Assembly: GCA_959602365.1 (NCBI GenBank)
Contig: CAUGSS010000004.1
Location: 21,811 to 85,810 of the forward strand
From: an uncultured Eubacteriales bacterium
GTDB lineage: Bacteria; Bacillota; Clostridia; Oscillospirales; Oscillospiraceae
Reading direction: 5' to 3'
DNA length: 64,000 bases
A program made the position numbers and the translations under genes. The notes beneath the pieces were generated by a model. The model had not been told where the DNA came from and made no database searches. It saw only the letters and a program-made list of their open reading frames with translations. Position 1 is the stretch's first letter; each line of letters opens with the position of its first letter. This document shows positions 26,762 to 37,130 of this stretch, piece after piece.

Positions 26762-28156
26762 TTACCACCGGTGTCTCTTGTGCTGAGGCCCTTTACTCTC
26801 TTGATTCTTTTCGTGTTCCCGCTTGCCCAGAAGCTCGTCCTCTTTTGCGATCGTAGGGTCGTACCAGTCTGCTTTTGCTCGAGCCCAAGACGCCCATGCA
26901 GAAAGGTCCTGCTCTGCATGGGCTTTTTCCATGGCAGAAACATAGGAACGGATTCTGCACGCAATATCATAGTCGGATGCGCAGTTGACAAGGGCCAGCG
27001 TTCGATCAACTTCTGCATTATACCGTTGACGCTGCTCCTCCCGCTTTCTTTCCTGCTCCTGGCGCTGCCGCTCTGCCTCCTCCCGGGCCAGGCGTGCTTG
27101 CTTCACCTGCTCCGCCTCACCATAGATGGAGAGCATCATATCTCCCAAACGGTCTTCCAGGACATAGGATCGGCAATCCCGAAATGTTTTTGCGCCATTG
27201 ACACATAGACTCAAGCGGCCATTGTAAACGGAATCATATTTACGAATTTGTGGCTTTGTTGCCCAAGAGTATTTTTTGCGCTTTTCTTCATATTCTAATA
27301 GTTTGAGATTTTCTTCTTTTGTTGGGGTATGTAGAATCTGGTCAGTCGACTCAGAAAATGTGAGCGTGACTGTATCTTGTTCCCTTGCAAATTGCAGATC
27401 ATTCGTCAAACGCCATCCCAGAGGTATCATAGCTTTGGCCAGCGCATCGATCAATCGAAAGATCCTCGGTTGCTGCTCTTCTGAAACCCCTTCGGCGAAT
27501 GGAGGCGGAACTTCCCGCCTCCCGCGATTCCAGTTTGCGCCGAATTTCCGCTCCTGCTGGCGCTTCCTCTTGTTCCATTCTGCGATCCGTTTTCGGTGCG
27601 CCACGATTTCCGGCCGCATACGGGCGTGTTCCTGCGGCAGCAAGATCTGTGCCGCCACATTCAGCACCACTTGCCGCTCTTCTTCAGGCAGAAATTCCAG
27701 AGAAGCCATGTCCTTGGCGGGATTGGCCCGGCGGCTGATCCCGGTTTGTATCCCCAGTTTTGTCTGTTCTTTTCCGGGCGGGAAGGATGTATCCACTGGA
27801 GAAGATACACTGGAAGGCTCGGAGGCAGTTTCCTCTTGGAGGGGGAGAACTTGCTCTGTTTTCTTTGCATCTGCAGTACTGGGCAATGTCTCCTGTAGCA
27901 GTTCAACGACGGCATCCCCATCCCCAGAGAGAGGCGTCTGTTCCACGGATTTTCCGAAGTTGAGTTTGGTCCAATATCCAGAGGGAGGGACAGGGATTTG
28001 GGCCGCCTTGATTTCTGCCAGACATTTGGCATATGGGATACCATATTTTCTGGATACACCTGCCACAGATATTTTCCAAATCTCTTCATAAAGTTCCTTT
28101 CGCGTCAGACGAACCGTAGCGGACGACATCACTGTTCTCACCTCCCGTTTATCCAA
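26762..28156 (-). CDS. hypothetical protein (464 aa) with a charged coiled-coil segment
   Basis: Intact ORF. The N-terminus is HTH-like (LTRKELYEEIWKISVAGVSRKYGIPYAKCLAEIKAAQIPVP), and there is a strongly charged coiled-coil (REEAERQRQEQERKREEQRQRYNAEVDRT). No family assigned. Confidence 0.4.
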   Translation of the reverse strand: MDKREVRTVMSSATVRLTRKELYEEIWKISVAGVSRKYGIPYAKCLAEIKAAQIPVPPSGYWTKLNFGKSVEQTPLSGDGDAVVELLQETLPSTADAKKTEQVLPLQEETASEPSSVSSPVDTSFPPGKEQTKLGIQTGISRRANPAKDMASLEFLPEEERQVVLNVAAQILLPQEHARMRPEIVAHRKRIAEWNKRKRQQERKFGANWNRGRREVPPPFAEGVSEEQQPRIFRLIDALAKAMIPLGWRLTNDLQFAREQDTVTLTFSESTDQILHTPTKEENLKLLEYEEKRKKYSWATKPQIRKYDSVYNGRLSLCVNGAKTFRDCRSYVLEDRLGDMMLSIYGEAEQVKQARLAREEAERQRQEQERKREEQRQRYNAEVDRTLALVNCASDYDIACRIRSYVSAMEKAHAEQDLSAWASWARAKADWYDPTIAKEDELLGKREHEKNQESKGPQHKRHRW

Positions 28157-28236
28157 AACCGGTGCTTTTCTCTCTTCGCTCTGAAAAGGCTGTGTTTCTG
28201 GTGATTCAGTATCTGCAAGGATCGCTAAAAACTGTT

Positions 28237-28581
28237 TTATCCCTCCAATTCCTCGTTTTCTTTTAATAAAAAAACCAAATCGCGTTTCATCTCTTCAAAT
28301 TGACTGATGATAGTATTCAGGTTCTTTTCAATATTCTGGACCTGCACCTCATTGATCCTGCCATGGTTATAGGCGATCAACCGCTCCGGAATGATGTTGT
28401 AACTCCAGCTCTCGCTGTATCCATCTTCCTTTTTGATGGCGAAACCGATTGGAAGAACATTGTTTCTCATACCCAAGGTCACCATCATGGGGGATATACC
28501 AAGATAGTCTGCGGCAATCTTGGCTGTAATTTTCGGCATTGCCCGGATCTCATCGTCCGTATACTTTCCCATACACTTCAC
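28237..28581 (-). CDS. hypothetical protein (114 aa)
   Basis: AT-rich ORF directly upstream of the 464-aa gene on the same strand. Confidence 0.3.
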   Translation of the reverse strand: MKCMGKYTDDEIRAMPKITAKIAADYLGISPMMVTLGMRNNVLPIGFAIKKEDGYSESWSYNIIPERLIAYNHGRINEVQVQNIEKNLNTIISQFEEMKRDLVFLLKENEELEG

Positions 28582-28787
28582 TTCCTCTCTCTTGGGGGAA
28601 TAGCAGTTTCACTTATATTGTGATTATATCATAGAGAGAGGTTATATGACGGAAAAGATTTGAATTTAACGAAATTTTCACAGATACATTCAGCGCCTTG
28701 ATACCATAATCTGCACGGCAGCGGCCCCGGAATCAGAGAACCGGGGCCGCTGCTTCTTGTGGCCGAGCAAGCTAAGTCATTCGTGTT

Positions 28788-31700
28788 TTACTGCTCGGAA
28801 CTGCTCCCTTTGCGGTGCTCCTTGCACGCCAACAAGACGGCCATACAACCACAGGCGGCCAACAGGATAGCAACACAGATCAGGATCGGAGCGGCATCCC
28901 CGGTCTCGGGTGCGGCCGGCGGAACTATAATTTCCACTGTCTGACCCTCATCGTTCCAGTCTTGATGCACCGCCACAGGCTGGACTTCCACATCCTCGCC
29001 CTGGTATAGCGCCTCAAATACCACCAGCTGGTGCCCGGCCAGGCTGCTGGCATCGAAGGTGAAGGAGACCTCCACGCTACCCTCCGCGGCTTCCGCCACA
29101 AAGGCAGTCACAGTGGTGATGGGCTGCCCCTGGGCGTCGGTCACCGCCAGGCCGGTCGTCTTGTCCATCAGAGTACCCACCAGCGTATAGGTCTGACCTG
29201 CCCGGAGATTGGTGTAGGTCACGGTGTCCAGGATAGTCACGCTGGAACCAGCGGTGGCCCTGTGGGTGCCGCTGGCCTGATCCACCGCGTTGGTGTGGAT
29301 GCCGGGGAAACTCACGCTCTGATCTGCATCATTTATATCCGCATGGGTGCCGACTTCGATGCCCTTGTAACGCAGGGACTCAAATGCTACTACAGTTTCA
29401 CCAGCCAGCAGGGAACCATCAAAGCTGAAGGTCAGCGTCACGCTGCCCTCGCTCTTTTCAGTGGTGAAGGTAGTGGAGGCAGCCACAGGATTGCCCTGGG
29501 CATCCACCAACAGCTCGCCGGTGGACCGGACGTACAGGACGCCATTGACCGTGTACTGCTCTCCCACGATCAGGTTGGAGTAGAACACCTTGTCCAGGAT
29601 AGTGACCGTCTCATCCGCAATGGAGGTGTGGTCACCGGACTCAGCGTCAATGGCGGTGGTGGCAATTTCAGGAATGTGCACCGTCTGATCCGGGTCGGCA
29701 AGGTCGGTGTGGGTGGCATACACGGTATCGTGCATGCTTAGAAACTCATAGATCACCAGCGTTTTGCCCCCGTGAATGGATCCGTCGAACACAAAGGTGT
29801 TGTCTACGGTGCCATCCGCCGTATCTGCCCGGAAGGAAGTTGTGGCGGTAATGGGATTGCCGTTGGCGTCATACACCGGCAGCCCTGTGTCAGCATCCAT
29901 CAAGGTACCAGTGAGCTGATAATTTCGCCCGGGCTGGAGATTAGTATAGGACACGGCATCCACAATGGTGACCGGGTTCTGGGCATATGCAACATGATCG
30001 CCGGTTTCCACATTGCTGGCATGAGTGTCAATGGCAGGGAAGTGCACCGTCTGCTCCTGGTCCGCCAAATCGGCGTGAACAAGAACCGGTTCATCGCTCA
30101 TTTCCTCACCATGGCCCGTATACAAGGTCTGACAGATGACCACAGACTGGCCTGCCAAGGCGCTGCCGTCCAGTACGAACTCCATGCGCAGGGAACCGCT
30201 GCGGGAGGTGGGCGTGAACTCCCGGGTAACAGAGATGGGGTTGCCCTCGGCATCCGTCAGCACCGCGCCGGTGGCCTGATCGACCAGGGTGCCCACCAAG
30301 GTGTAGTCAGTATTGGCCTGCAGGTTTTCATAGCGCACAGTGTCAATGACCACGGTACCGCTTTCAGCAGGTCCCCACCGAGAGTTGGTGGACTCCAACA
30401 CAGCGCTGGTACTCATGCGCATCTGGAAATTCTCAATGTTATTGAAGTCCACAGTATAGCCGTCTCTGGAGATTGTCAGAGTACCAGTCCACAGGATATA
30501 ATCCTCATTTGCCTCACATGGCTGCTCCTCCAGGGTGTAAGTGCCGTAGGGCAGGGCACCGACAGAATCATCGGGTTCACCAGCGCCGAACCAAAGGCCA
30601 CTGCCCACCGTACCGCCGTTGGTGTCCTGGGTGTGGGGAATCCAGGAGGCGGCGGAGCTGTAATAGCCGTTTTCATCGGTCACAAAGTAGTGGGTCTCGC
30701 CGGTGGCGTCATTGGTGATTTGAAAGGGCACGCCTGCCAGAGCAGTCTGTGTATCCCCGTCCACCTTGCGCAGCTCGAAATCGCCTCGGATGATGCGGTT
30801 GGAGATGGAGTGGTCAAAGTCGGCCAGATCCACCACCACGCCGTCTTCCACGATGTCAAACGCCTGGGAGGTAATGCCGTCAGAGGTGTAACCGGAGGGC
30901 GGGACGGCCTCCCGCACCTCATAGTGGCCGTAGGGGAGTAAATCAGCGGCAGTCTCAAACAGGCCGTTCTCATCGGTATACCCGGTATAGATCACCTGGC
31001 CATCGGTATAGGTGATGCCATTGACCACCACGTTACCTCCGGTGCGGTTGACGATCTCAAACTTCGCACCAGCCACAGTAGCCTCGCCCTGGCCCACATG
31101 TTCCTGGCTCTCAATGTCATACTTGTACAGCTTGACTCCGCCACGAATGACCTCATTAGAGATGGCGTGCTCGAAGTCAGTCAGATCCACAATCACACCA
31201 TTTTGCTCAATGGAGAAAATCTGAGAAGTGGTGCCGTCTCCGGTGTAGCCGGTGGGAGGGGTGACCTCGCGTACTTCATAGGTGCCGTATGGGAGCAGAT
31301 CTGCTGCCGTTTGGAACAGGCCGCTGTCGTCTGTCTTGGCGGCGTACACAACCTCGCCAGAAGCATAGCTCACACCATTGACCAGCACCGCATTGGCGCT
31401 GCGGTTGATAATCTCAAATACAGCACCCTGGACAGTTGCACCGCCCTGGGGCGTATGCGACTCCGTCTCAACGTCGTACTTGTACAGCTTGACGCCGCCC
31501 CGGATGACCTCGTTGGAAATGGAGTTTTCAGGGGCGGTTAGATCCACGATGACGCCGTGCTCGGAGATGTCAAATACCCGGGAGATGGTGCCGCCAATGG
31601 TGTAGCCTGTGGGCGGGGTCTGCTCCCGCAGCTCATAATGGCCTGCGGACAGCAGGTCGGAAGTGGTCTGGAACAGGCCGGAGGCATCTGTGCCGCCGGT

Positions 31701-33569
31701 ATAGACCACTGCGCCGTCGGCATAGCTGCCGCCATTGACGGAGATGGTCCGGCCCGTGCGGTTGACAATTTCAAACTGGGCGCTGGCCAGCGTGGCGCCG
31801 CCCTGGGGGGTGTTGGCGCCGGTCTCAGCGTCGCGCTTGCAGATCTTCACGCCGCCCCGGATCTCCGTGTCCTGCTTGGTGTAGGCGTTGCCGCCCCGCA
31901 GATAGCCGGTGCCGCCCGCCCCGTCCTGGGTGACGTTCAGCAGCACCACGCCATTGCTGTCGGAGACGGTCTGTCCGGTGGCATCATTGATATAGCTGCC
32001 CTCCAGGGTGTAGCCCTCCGGGGGCTTGGTCTCCTGGACGGTGACCGTGCCCAGCGGAAGCACCACTGAAGTGCCGGAGGGGTTGTGATAAAAATCGTCG
32101 CCGGAAACCTTGTAGTTGTCTGCGAGGATGGCCAAATACATCCCCGTGGCCTGATTGTATTTGGTCTCCACCACCCAGGTCCGGGTGGGCACGGCGGGCA
32201 GCTGTTCCACAGCGCTGTACTGTCCGTCATAGTAACACACGGTGAACTGGGCCCCTGCCAGTGAGGGGACGTCCCCGTCGGAATCAGCGGCAATCTTGGT
32301 CAGAGTGAGGCCCACCGGGTCGTTGGCGGGCTCCTCCGTCACCGTGACGCTGACCTGGGTGGTGTCCGCCGTCACGGGGTACACCGTGGCGTCCAGCTGA
32401 TAGCCCGGGCTGGCCGTGATCTCCTTCAGCCAGTAGCTGCCCTGTTCCAGCTCCCCGGTCGCGCCCTCCCCGTTGGCGCCGGTGGTGATGGTGGTCACCA
32501 GCTGGGTGCAGCCGGCGTCGGAGTAGACGCCGTAGACCGCCCCCTCCAGGGAGTAACAGCCGTTGCCGCCGGTGATGCCCGGGTTGGCGGAGCGTTTGAC
32601 CAGGCGAATTTGGGTGTACTCCACCGGCGGCTTCTCGTTGGTGGGGATCAGCATGACCTGATATCCGGATTCGCCGGTTTCATAGAGGCCATACAGGGAG
32701 TCAGAGCCCTGGTCCGCGATGGAGACCAGATATTGAGCCGCCGCCAGGGCCTCCTCCGTCCCGGCGCGCCCGGTGGTGCGCAGGTCGTCAATGGAGATGT
32801 CGCCGCTCTTGTTATAGGGGGACACACACCAGAGTGCTGCCTGGGTGGCCTGCCGGGCCTGATTGGCATCCAGCGCCACGCCTCCGATGGTGGTCTGGTT
32901 GGGATAGCCCGCATCCAGTATGGCGGCGGCCCGCTCATCAGCATACCCCAGGAACGTATACACCTGTGATTCACTCGGGGTGGCGCGCCCCTGGGCAAAA
33001 CAGTAGGCTGTATTCCCGTTCTGATCGGTGTGGATCGTCCCGGCGTTGACCCCCAGGCCGCCCTTGTCGGTGATCAGATTGGTGCCCGTGATCCGGGTGG
33101 TGGTAAAGGTGAAGGTGTCCCCGGCTCCCAGGGTGGAGACGCCGGGGCCCTCCAGGGAGACCAGCATCCGGGGCAGGTCCTCCCACCGGTAGCCCTCCGC
33201 CAGCGTGCAGCCCTCGGTCAGCGTCAACACAAAGGTCAGCAGGGAGACGCCGGCGGGGTCTGTCTCATAGGCCCGTTGATCCGCCGGGTCGCAGCTCCAG
33301 GTGATGGGGATCCTGGTCACAGTCCCGTCCGTCAGCGTCACCTGGGCCTCGGTGGGCAGCAGCCCAATCATGTCCTGGACTGTGGTGCCTCTCTCCCCGT
33401 AGACCACGCCTCTCTCCATGACATCATAGGAAATGTCGGCCACTTGTACACTGTCCGCAGATGCCGCCCCGATGTCCGATGCCTGGGCGGCGCCGGGAAG
33501 GGCCAGGCTGGCGCAGAGTGCCAGAGACAGGAGCAGGGATATGGCCCGTTTCAATTGGATGGACTTCAA
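28788..33569 (-). CDS. cell-wall-anchored thioester-forming adhesin with Cna-B/SpaA-type and VaFE repeats
   Basis: 1593-aa ORF with a signal peptide and a TQxA motif (ARQATQAALW). About 130-aa units recur (GGVKLYKYD...REVTPPTGYT), as do VaFE-like repeats (HTDLADPDQTVHIPEIAT...). The C-terminus is APETG + hydrophobic stretch + KEHRK, a sortase sorting signal. Start codon is TTG. Confidence 0.8.
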   Translation of the reverse strand: MKSIQLKRAISLLLSLALCASLALPGAAQASDIGAASADSVQVADISYDVMERGVVYGERGTTVQDMIGLLPTEAQVTLTDGTVTRIPITWSCDPADQRAYETDPAGVSLLTFVLTLTEGCTLAEGYRWEDLPRMLVSLEGPGVSTLGAGDTFTFTTTRITGTNLITDKGGLGVNAGTIHTDQNGNTAYCFAQGRATPSESQVYTFLGYADERAAAILDAGYPNQTTIGGVALDANQARQATQAALWCVSPYNKSGDISIDDLRTTGRAGTEEALAAAQYLVSIADQGSDSLYGLYETGESGYQVMLIPTNEKPPVEYTQIRLVKRSANPGITGGNGCYSLEGAVYGVYSDAGCTQLVTTITTGANGEGATGELEQGSYWLKEITASPGYQLDATVYPVTADTTQVSVTVTEEPANDPVGLTLTKIAADSDGDVPSLAGAQFTVCYYDGQYSAVEQLPAVPTRTWVVETKYNQATGMYLAILADNYKVSGDDFYHNPSGTSVVLPLGTVTVQETKPPEGYTLEGSYINDATGQTVSDSNGVVLLNVTQDGAGGTGYLRGGNAYTKQDTEIRGGVKICKRDAETGANTPQGGATLASAQFEIVNRTGRTISVNGGSYADGAVVYTGGTDASGLFQTTSDLLSAGHYELREQTPPTGYTIGGTISRVFDISEHGVIVDLTAPENSISNEVIRGGVKLYKYDVETESHTPQGGATVQGAVFEIINRSANAVLVNGVSYASGEVVYAAKTDDSGLFQTAADLLPYGTYEVREVTPPTGYTGDGTTSQIFSIEQNGVIVDLTDFEHAISNEVIRGGVKLYKYDIESQEHVGQGEATVAGAKFEIVNRTGGNVVVNGITYTDGQVIYTGYTDENGLFETAADLLPYGHYEVREAVPPSGYTSDGITSQAFDIVEDGVVVDLADFDHSISNRIIRGDFELRKVDGDTQTALAGVPFQITNDATGETHYFVTDENGYYSSAASWIPHTQDTNGGTVGSGLWFGAGEPDDSVGALPYGTYTLEEQPCEANEDYILWTGTLTISRDGYTVDFNNIENFQMRMSTSAVLESTNSRWGPAESGTVVIDTVRYENLQANTDYTLVGTLVDQATGAVLTDAEGNPISVTREFTPTSRSGSLRMEFVLDGSALAGQSVVICQTLYTGHGEEMSDEPVLVHADLADQEQTVHFPAIDTHASNVETGDHVAYAQNPVTIVDAVSYTNLQPGRNYQLTGTLMDADTGLPVYDANGNPITATTSFRADTADGTVDNTFVFDGSIHGGKTLVIYEFLSMHDTVYATHTDLADPDQTVHIPEIATTAIDAESGDHTSIADETVTILDKVFYSNLIVGEQYTVNGVLYVRSTGELLVDAQGNPVAASTTFTTEKSEGSVTLTFSFDGSLLAGETVVAFESLRYKGIEVGTHADINDADQSVSFPGIHTNAVDQASGTHRATAGSSVTILDTVTYTNLRAGQTYTLVGTLMDKTTGLAVTDAQGQPITTVTAFVAEAAEGSVEVSFTFDASSLAGHQLVVFEALYQGEDVEVQPVAVHQDWNDEGQTVEIIVPPAAPETGDAAPILICVAILLAACGCMAVLLACKEHRKGSSSEQ

Positions 33570-33640
33570 AAATGATCTCTCCTTTCGTGGTGGTATCTAT
33601 ATCAAAACATCCCGGACGCGCCGGGATGGAGTTTCCAGCA

Positions 33641-33683
33641 GGGAAAAGAAAAAGGACGGTAGATCCCGCAAGATCTATCGTCC
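33641..33683 (-). terminator. rho-independent terminator after the lipoprotein gene
   Basis: 12-bp stem ggacgatagatc/gatctaccgtcc (11/12 paired) with loop ttgcgg, then uuuuucuuuu on the minus strand. Confidence 0.6.
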
Positions 33684-33707
33684 CATTTCGGTTTGCTATG
33701 TTCTTTT

Positions 33708-34442
33708 TTACTGGGTGGCTCCGCAGGCGCAGCGGCAGCCAGTCACCACCTGTTCCTCCCAGGCCGCCGCATCCACGACCCAGACCTGCTCTGTCACAGG
33801 GTCGTGATGGATTGTACCTGTCTGCACCCTCTGATTGCTGTAGGAGGCCATGCCTTGGTGCTCCAACAGGATATGGACGCTGACCTCCTCCTCGGATACA
33901 AAGGATGCCCCGCAGGCGCCGCAGATGTTTCGGTACTCATAGACCGGCTCGTCGCAGGCTTCCGCCACGGTGCGGGTCTCGTAGTGGCCCACCTCGTCGT
34001 GGTACACCGTGGCATAGACCGGCTGCCAGTCGTGGGTGTGCCCGTCCTGCTCGTCCATGTCGCCGGCGTCCGCCGCGCTGGGCTGTTCCGTTTCCGGTGC
34101 CGCCCCATTGGCGCCGCCGGCGCTTCCGCCGTCCTGGTCCGCCCCGGCAGGTTCCGGCCGCCCGGTTTCGGCGGAGAAGCTCGCCTCCCGCTTGTCCGTC
34201 TCTGCCAAGCTCACGTCCTGACTGTCCTCCGGTGCCGGGGGCTCCACAGCCCCGGTTTCATCTGACGTCTGAATCGTCTCTCCTTGGTCCGCGGTCTCCA
34301 CAGCCTGCTCCAGGACGGGCCGCGCCAGCCCTGGGGCGCTCTCCGCCGCGGCCTTGCCCACGGCTCTGGCCCCGCAGCCCGCCAGCAGGCCCAGACAGAT
34401 CCCTCCGGCCAGCACTGCCGTCCAAACTCTGCTCCGCCTCAT
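33708..34442 (-). CDS. lipoprotein with acidic central region and Cys-rich C-terminus
   Basis: Signal peptide with lipobox LLAGC. The C-terminus has CGACG and CRCACG pairs. A strong terminator follows. Confidence 0.5.
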   Translation of the reverse strand: MRRSRVWTAVLAGGICLGLLAGCGARAVGKAAAESAPGLARPVLEQAVETADQGETIQTSDETGAVEPPAPEDSQDVSLAETDKREASFSAETGRPEPAGADQDGGSAGGANGAAPETEQPSAADAGDMDEQDGHTHDWQPVYATVYHDEVGHYETRTVAEACDEPVYEYRNICGACGASFVSEEEVSVHILLEHQGMASYSNQRVQTGTIHHDPVTEQVWVVDAAAWEEQVVTGCRCACGATQ

Positions 34443-34576
34443 CCGGCCCCCTCCTCTCTGGCATCCAAATCGGGCTCTGCAAGGCCAGTATAGTTGACCG
34501 CCGCCGCTCTGGCAAGGATACGGGGCCTCTGGCGCACTCTATAAGGCATAACTTTTGAGCGCATCCGCCTCAAATC

Positions 34577-34864
34577 CTATAATAACTGCTCTACCTCGCT
34601 CAATTTGGCGAGCAACGACTGCTTGCGCTCGTCGCTCAGGTCTGCCGACTCCTGCACCGCGGCATACATATGGGCATAGGCGGTGCTGATGCCGGCCCCC
34701 GGTTCGCAGAGCTGGACGGAGACCCCATTGAGCGCGGGCACCAGCTCCACATAGCCGCCGGGCTCCAGATGGTACGCCCTCCTCATGTCGATGGGGATGA
34801 CGATCCGTCCCAGCAGGTCAATTTTCCGTACCGTTTTCATCGGCGATTCTTTTTTGTGTCTCAT
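34577..34864 (-). CDS. AbrB/MazE-family DNA-binding protein
   Basis: 95-aa ORF (KIDLLGRIVIPIDMRRAYHLEPGGYVEL) with the swapped-hairpin domain. Confidence 0.6.
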   Translation of the reverse strand: MRHKKESPMKTVRKIDLLGRIVIPIDMRRAYHLEPGGYVELVPALNGVSVQLCEPGAGISTAYAHMYAAVQESADLSDERKQSLLAKLSEVEQLL

Positions 34865-35101
34865 GGCAATTCCTCACTTTCACGATTGTTCAGGTTTCCG
34901 GTCACTTCTTATCCTCTGTGCCGCAGTGCAGGAGGCTGAAAACTACGCCCCCAAAGGCCGCGCCAAGGGCAAAACCGATCAGCAGCAGCAATAGGTCCAT
35001 CTGGCATACACCCCCCTTCTTGTACATTCCAAGCAAAAAAGCATGGCCGCCGTGAAGCGCCATACTTTTTCCCGTCTTTATCATTACATTGAACTTTTCT
35101 C

Positions 35102-36031
35102 TTATCGCTCCTGTCCCCGCTCCCTTCTGCGCTGCCACTGTTCCAACAGATGGATGATGGTCTCCTGCATCTTTTGAGGCGTGTAACCTCTGGGGAAATA
35201 CCTGCGCAGGGTGTCGCCAGTCAGGGTGATTTTCTCCTGTTCGCTTTTCTTTTCCTCCCCCAGGATGGCCCGCATCACATCGGCGGACAGGCGTCCCTCC
35301 TGGCTGAACCTCTTCAGGCGCTGGGCCTGGGAGAGGGACGGCGTGGACTGTTCGCTGGACATCACATCCAAGAGCTGCTCCTGTTCCTCTTTCGTGAGGA
35401 AAGACAGCTCATAGGCCGGATTCAGGGCGATTTTCTTCTCGTCCACCATATCCAGCAGGGTGGGGACCAGCTCGGTCAGGCGGATATAGCGTTGTACTTG
35501 TCGCTGGCTTTCATTAGCCTGACTTGCTACCAAAGAAATAGATGTCTTTAACTTCTCGCCAAGTTGGCGAGAAGTTAAATCAGAACGTTCTCCCTGATGC
35601 TTCAAAGCCTCCAACTTCATCTTATAGGCGAAGGCCCGCTCACTGGGCAGCAGGCTCTCCCGCTGCAAATTGCTGTCCACCATGATGATGGTGGCCTGGT
35701 CGTCGTCCAGGTCCCGGACAATGACCGGCATAGTCTCCCGTCCCGCCAGCTCGCTGGCCCGACGCCGCCGGTGGCCAGCGATCAGCTCATAACCGCCATT
35801 GGGATCTGGTCGGGCGATGGCCGGCACCAGCACACCGTACTGCCGGACACTCTCCGCCGTCTCCAGCATGGCCTCGTCATCCCTAACCCGGAAGGGGTGG
35901 TTCTTGAACGGGTGCAGCTCCGACAGCGGAACCTCCAGCACCTTCTCCCGCCGGGCGTCAGCGCGGCTCGCCTCGGTGGAAAACAGGTCATCGACTGACG
36001 CAAGCTCTATTTTTCTCCCGTTGCTTTTCAA
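35102..36031 (-). CDS. parB: ParB/Spo0J-family partition protein
   Basis: ParB N-terminal domain motifs (LVPAIARPDPNGGYELIAGHRRRRA) and an HTH middle domain. Confidence 0.8.
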   Translation of the reverse strand: MKSNGRKIELASVDDLFSTEASRADARREKVLEVPLSELHPFKNHPFRVRDDEAMLETAESVRQYGVLVPAIARPDPNGGYELIAGHRRRRASELAGRETMPVIVRDLDDDQATIIMVDSNLQRESLLPSERAFAYKMKLEALKHQGERSDLTSRQLGEKLKTSISLVASQANESQRQVQRYIRLTELVPTLLDMVDEKKIALNPAYELSFLTKEEQEQLLDVMSSEQSTPSLSQAQRLKRFSQEGRLSADVMRAILGEEKKSEQEKITLTGDTLRRYFPRGYTPQKMQETIIHLLEQWQRRRERGQER

Positions 36032-36809
36032 GATGTAACACCTCCTTGGTCAGATTTTCATAGCTCTGGGCCACCTTGCCTCTGGGATCATAGGCGAAAA
36101 TACTCTTCCCCTCGGCGCTGGTCTCCTTGGCCCGGACGGAATGAGGGATTTCTGTGTTGAACACCTTGATCTTGCTACCGTAGGTCTCCCGCAGCAGGGC
36201 GGAAATCTCCTTGGCAAAATTGGTGCGGCTGTCCACCAGGGTCAGCAGAATGCCGTCGATCTGTAATTTGGGATTCAGCTGCCGCCGCACTCTCCCAATG
36301 GTGGACATCAGCTGCTCCAGCCCTTTGGCAGGCAGATACTCTGCCTGGACCGGGATAATAATCCGGTTGGCGGCGGCCAAGGCATTGACGGTGAGCATCC
36401 CCAGGGAGGGCTGACAGTCGATCAGGATGTGGGAATACTGGCCCCGTACCGTGTCCAGGTACTGCCGCAGGATGGTCTCCCGGCTCATGGCGTTGACCAG
36501 CGAGACCTCCATACCGGAGAGCTGGATGTCGGCGGGCATCAGGTCAACGCCCTCGCTGTGATGCAGGATGCCCTCGCCGGGTTGGATGGGCTCGTCCATA
36601 AGGATGCGGCCCATGGCGTTGGCCAGGGTGAACGGCAGCTTGTCCGGCTGAGGCCAGCCCAGGCTGACGGTCAGGCTGGCCTGGGGGTCTGCGTCCACCA
36701 GCAGCACCTTCTTTCCCGCCCGGGCAAGCCCGATCCCCAAATTGGCGCAGGTGGTCGTCTTGCCGACGCCGCCCTTCTGGTTGGCCACTGCAATGATTTG
36801 TGTATTCAT
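35988..36809 (-). CDS. parA: ParA/Soj-family partition ATPase
   Basis: Deviant Walker A KGGVGKTTT and the ParA pattern throughout; the last gene before the ICE boundary. Confidence 0.85.
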   Translation of the reverse strand: MNTQIIAVANQKGGVGKTTTCANLGIGLARAGKKVLLVDADPQASLTVSLGWPQPDKLPFTLANAMGRILMDEPIQPGEGILHHSEGVDLMPADIQLSGMEVSLVNAMSRETILRQYLDTVRGQYSHILIDCQPSLGMLTVNALAAANRIIIPVQAEYLPAKGLEQLMSTIGRVRRQLNPKLQIDGILLTLVDSRTNFAKEISALLRETYGSKIKVFNTEIPHSVRAKETSAEGKSIFAYDPRGKVAQSYENLTKEVLHLEKQREKNRACVSR

Positions 36810-37130
36810 CCTCTCTAGTCCCTCCTATTGCGGCATCTCCACGTTTTTGTTTTATGTAGCAAAACAGACGTCCATTTCTGAACGCCTGTCGTTATCGCAA
36901 TTTTTACTTTGACCGGAACGCACAATCGTTGATTCAGAAAACGAACGGATGGTATGATAGGAAAATGGAGATCTTGCTGAGGGATACTGCGGAAATGCTC
37001 AATTGAAAGTCGGTGATGAGTGGCCGCTTGTAATTTTTTGTAAATCGCTTACAATAAGCGCGGCGCTACCCCCTCAAGCATCAAAATCCGGCATCCATTG
37101 CGCCCCAATGCTTTCCTGGCTTCACTTACA

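Larger units (their letters stand above)
1..37130. mobile_element. Tn1549-like conjugative element (ICE); left end lies outside the window
   Basis: A contiguous, co-oriented set of T4SS, relaxosome, antirestriction and partition genes; the AT-rich cargo island; and an end abutting a truncated chromosomal sigK. No integrase was found inside the window. Confidence 0.6.

Noticed and set aside
29000-33000. Highly periodic sequence inside the adhesin gene, considered as a possible CRISPR or satellite repeat.
   Set aside because: The period is about 390 nt and it is protein-coding (Cna-B/VaFE domain repeats). Copies are divergent at the DNA level, with no short spacer-repeat structure.
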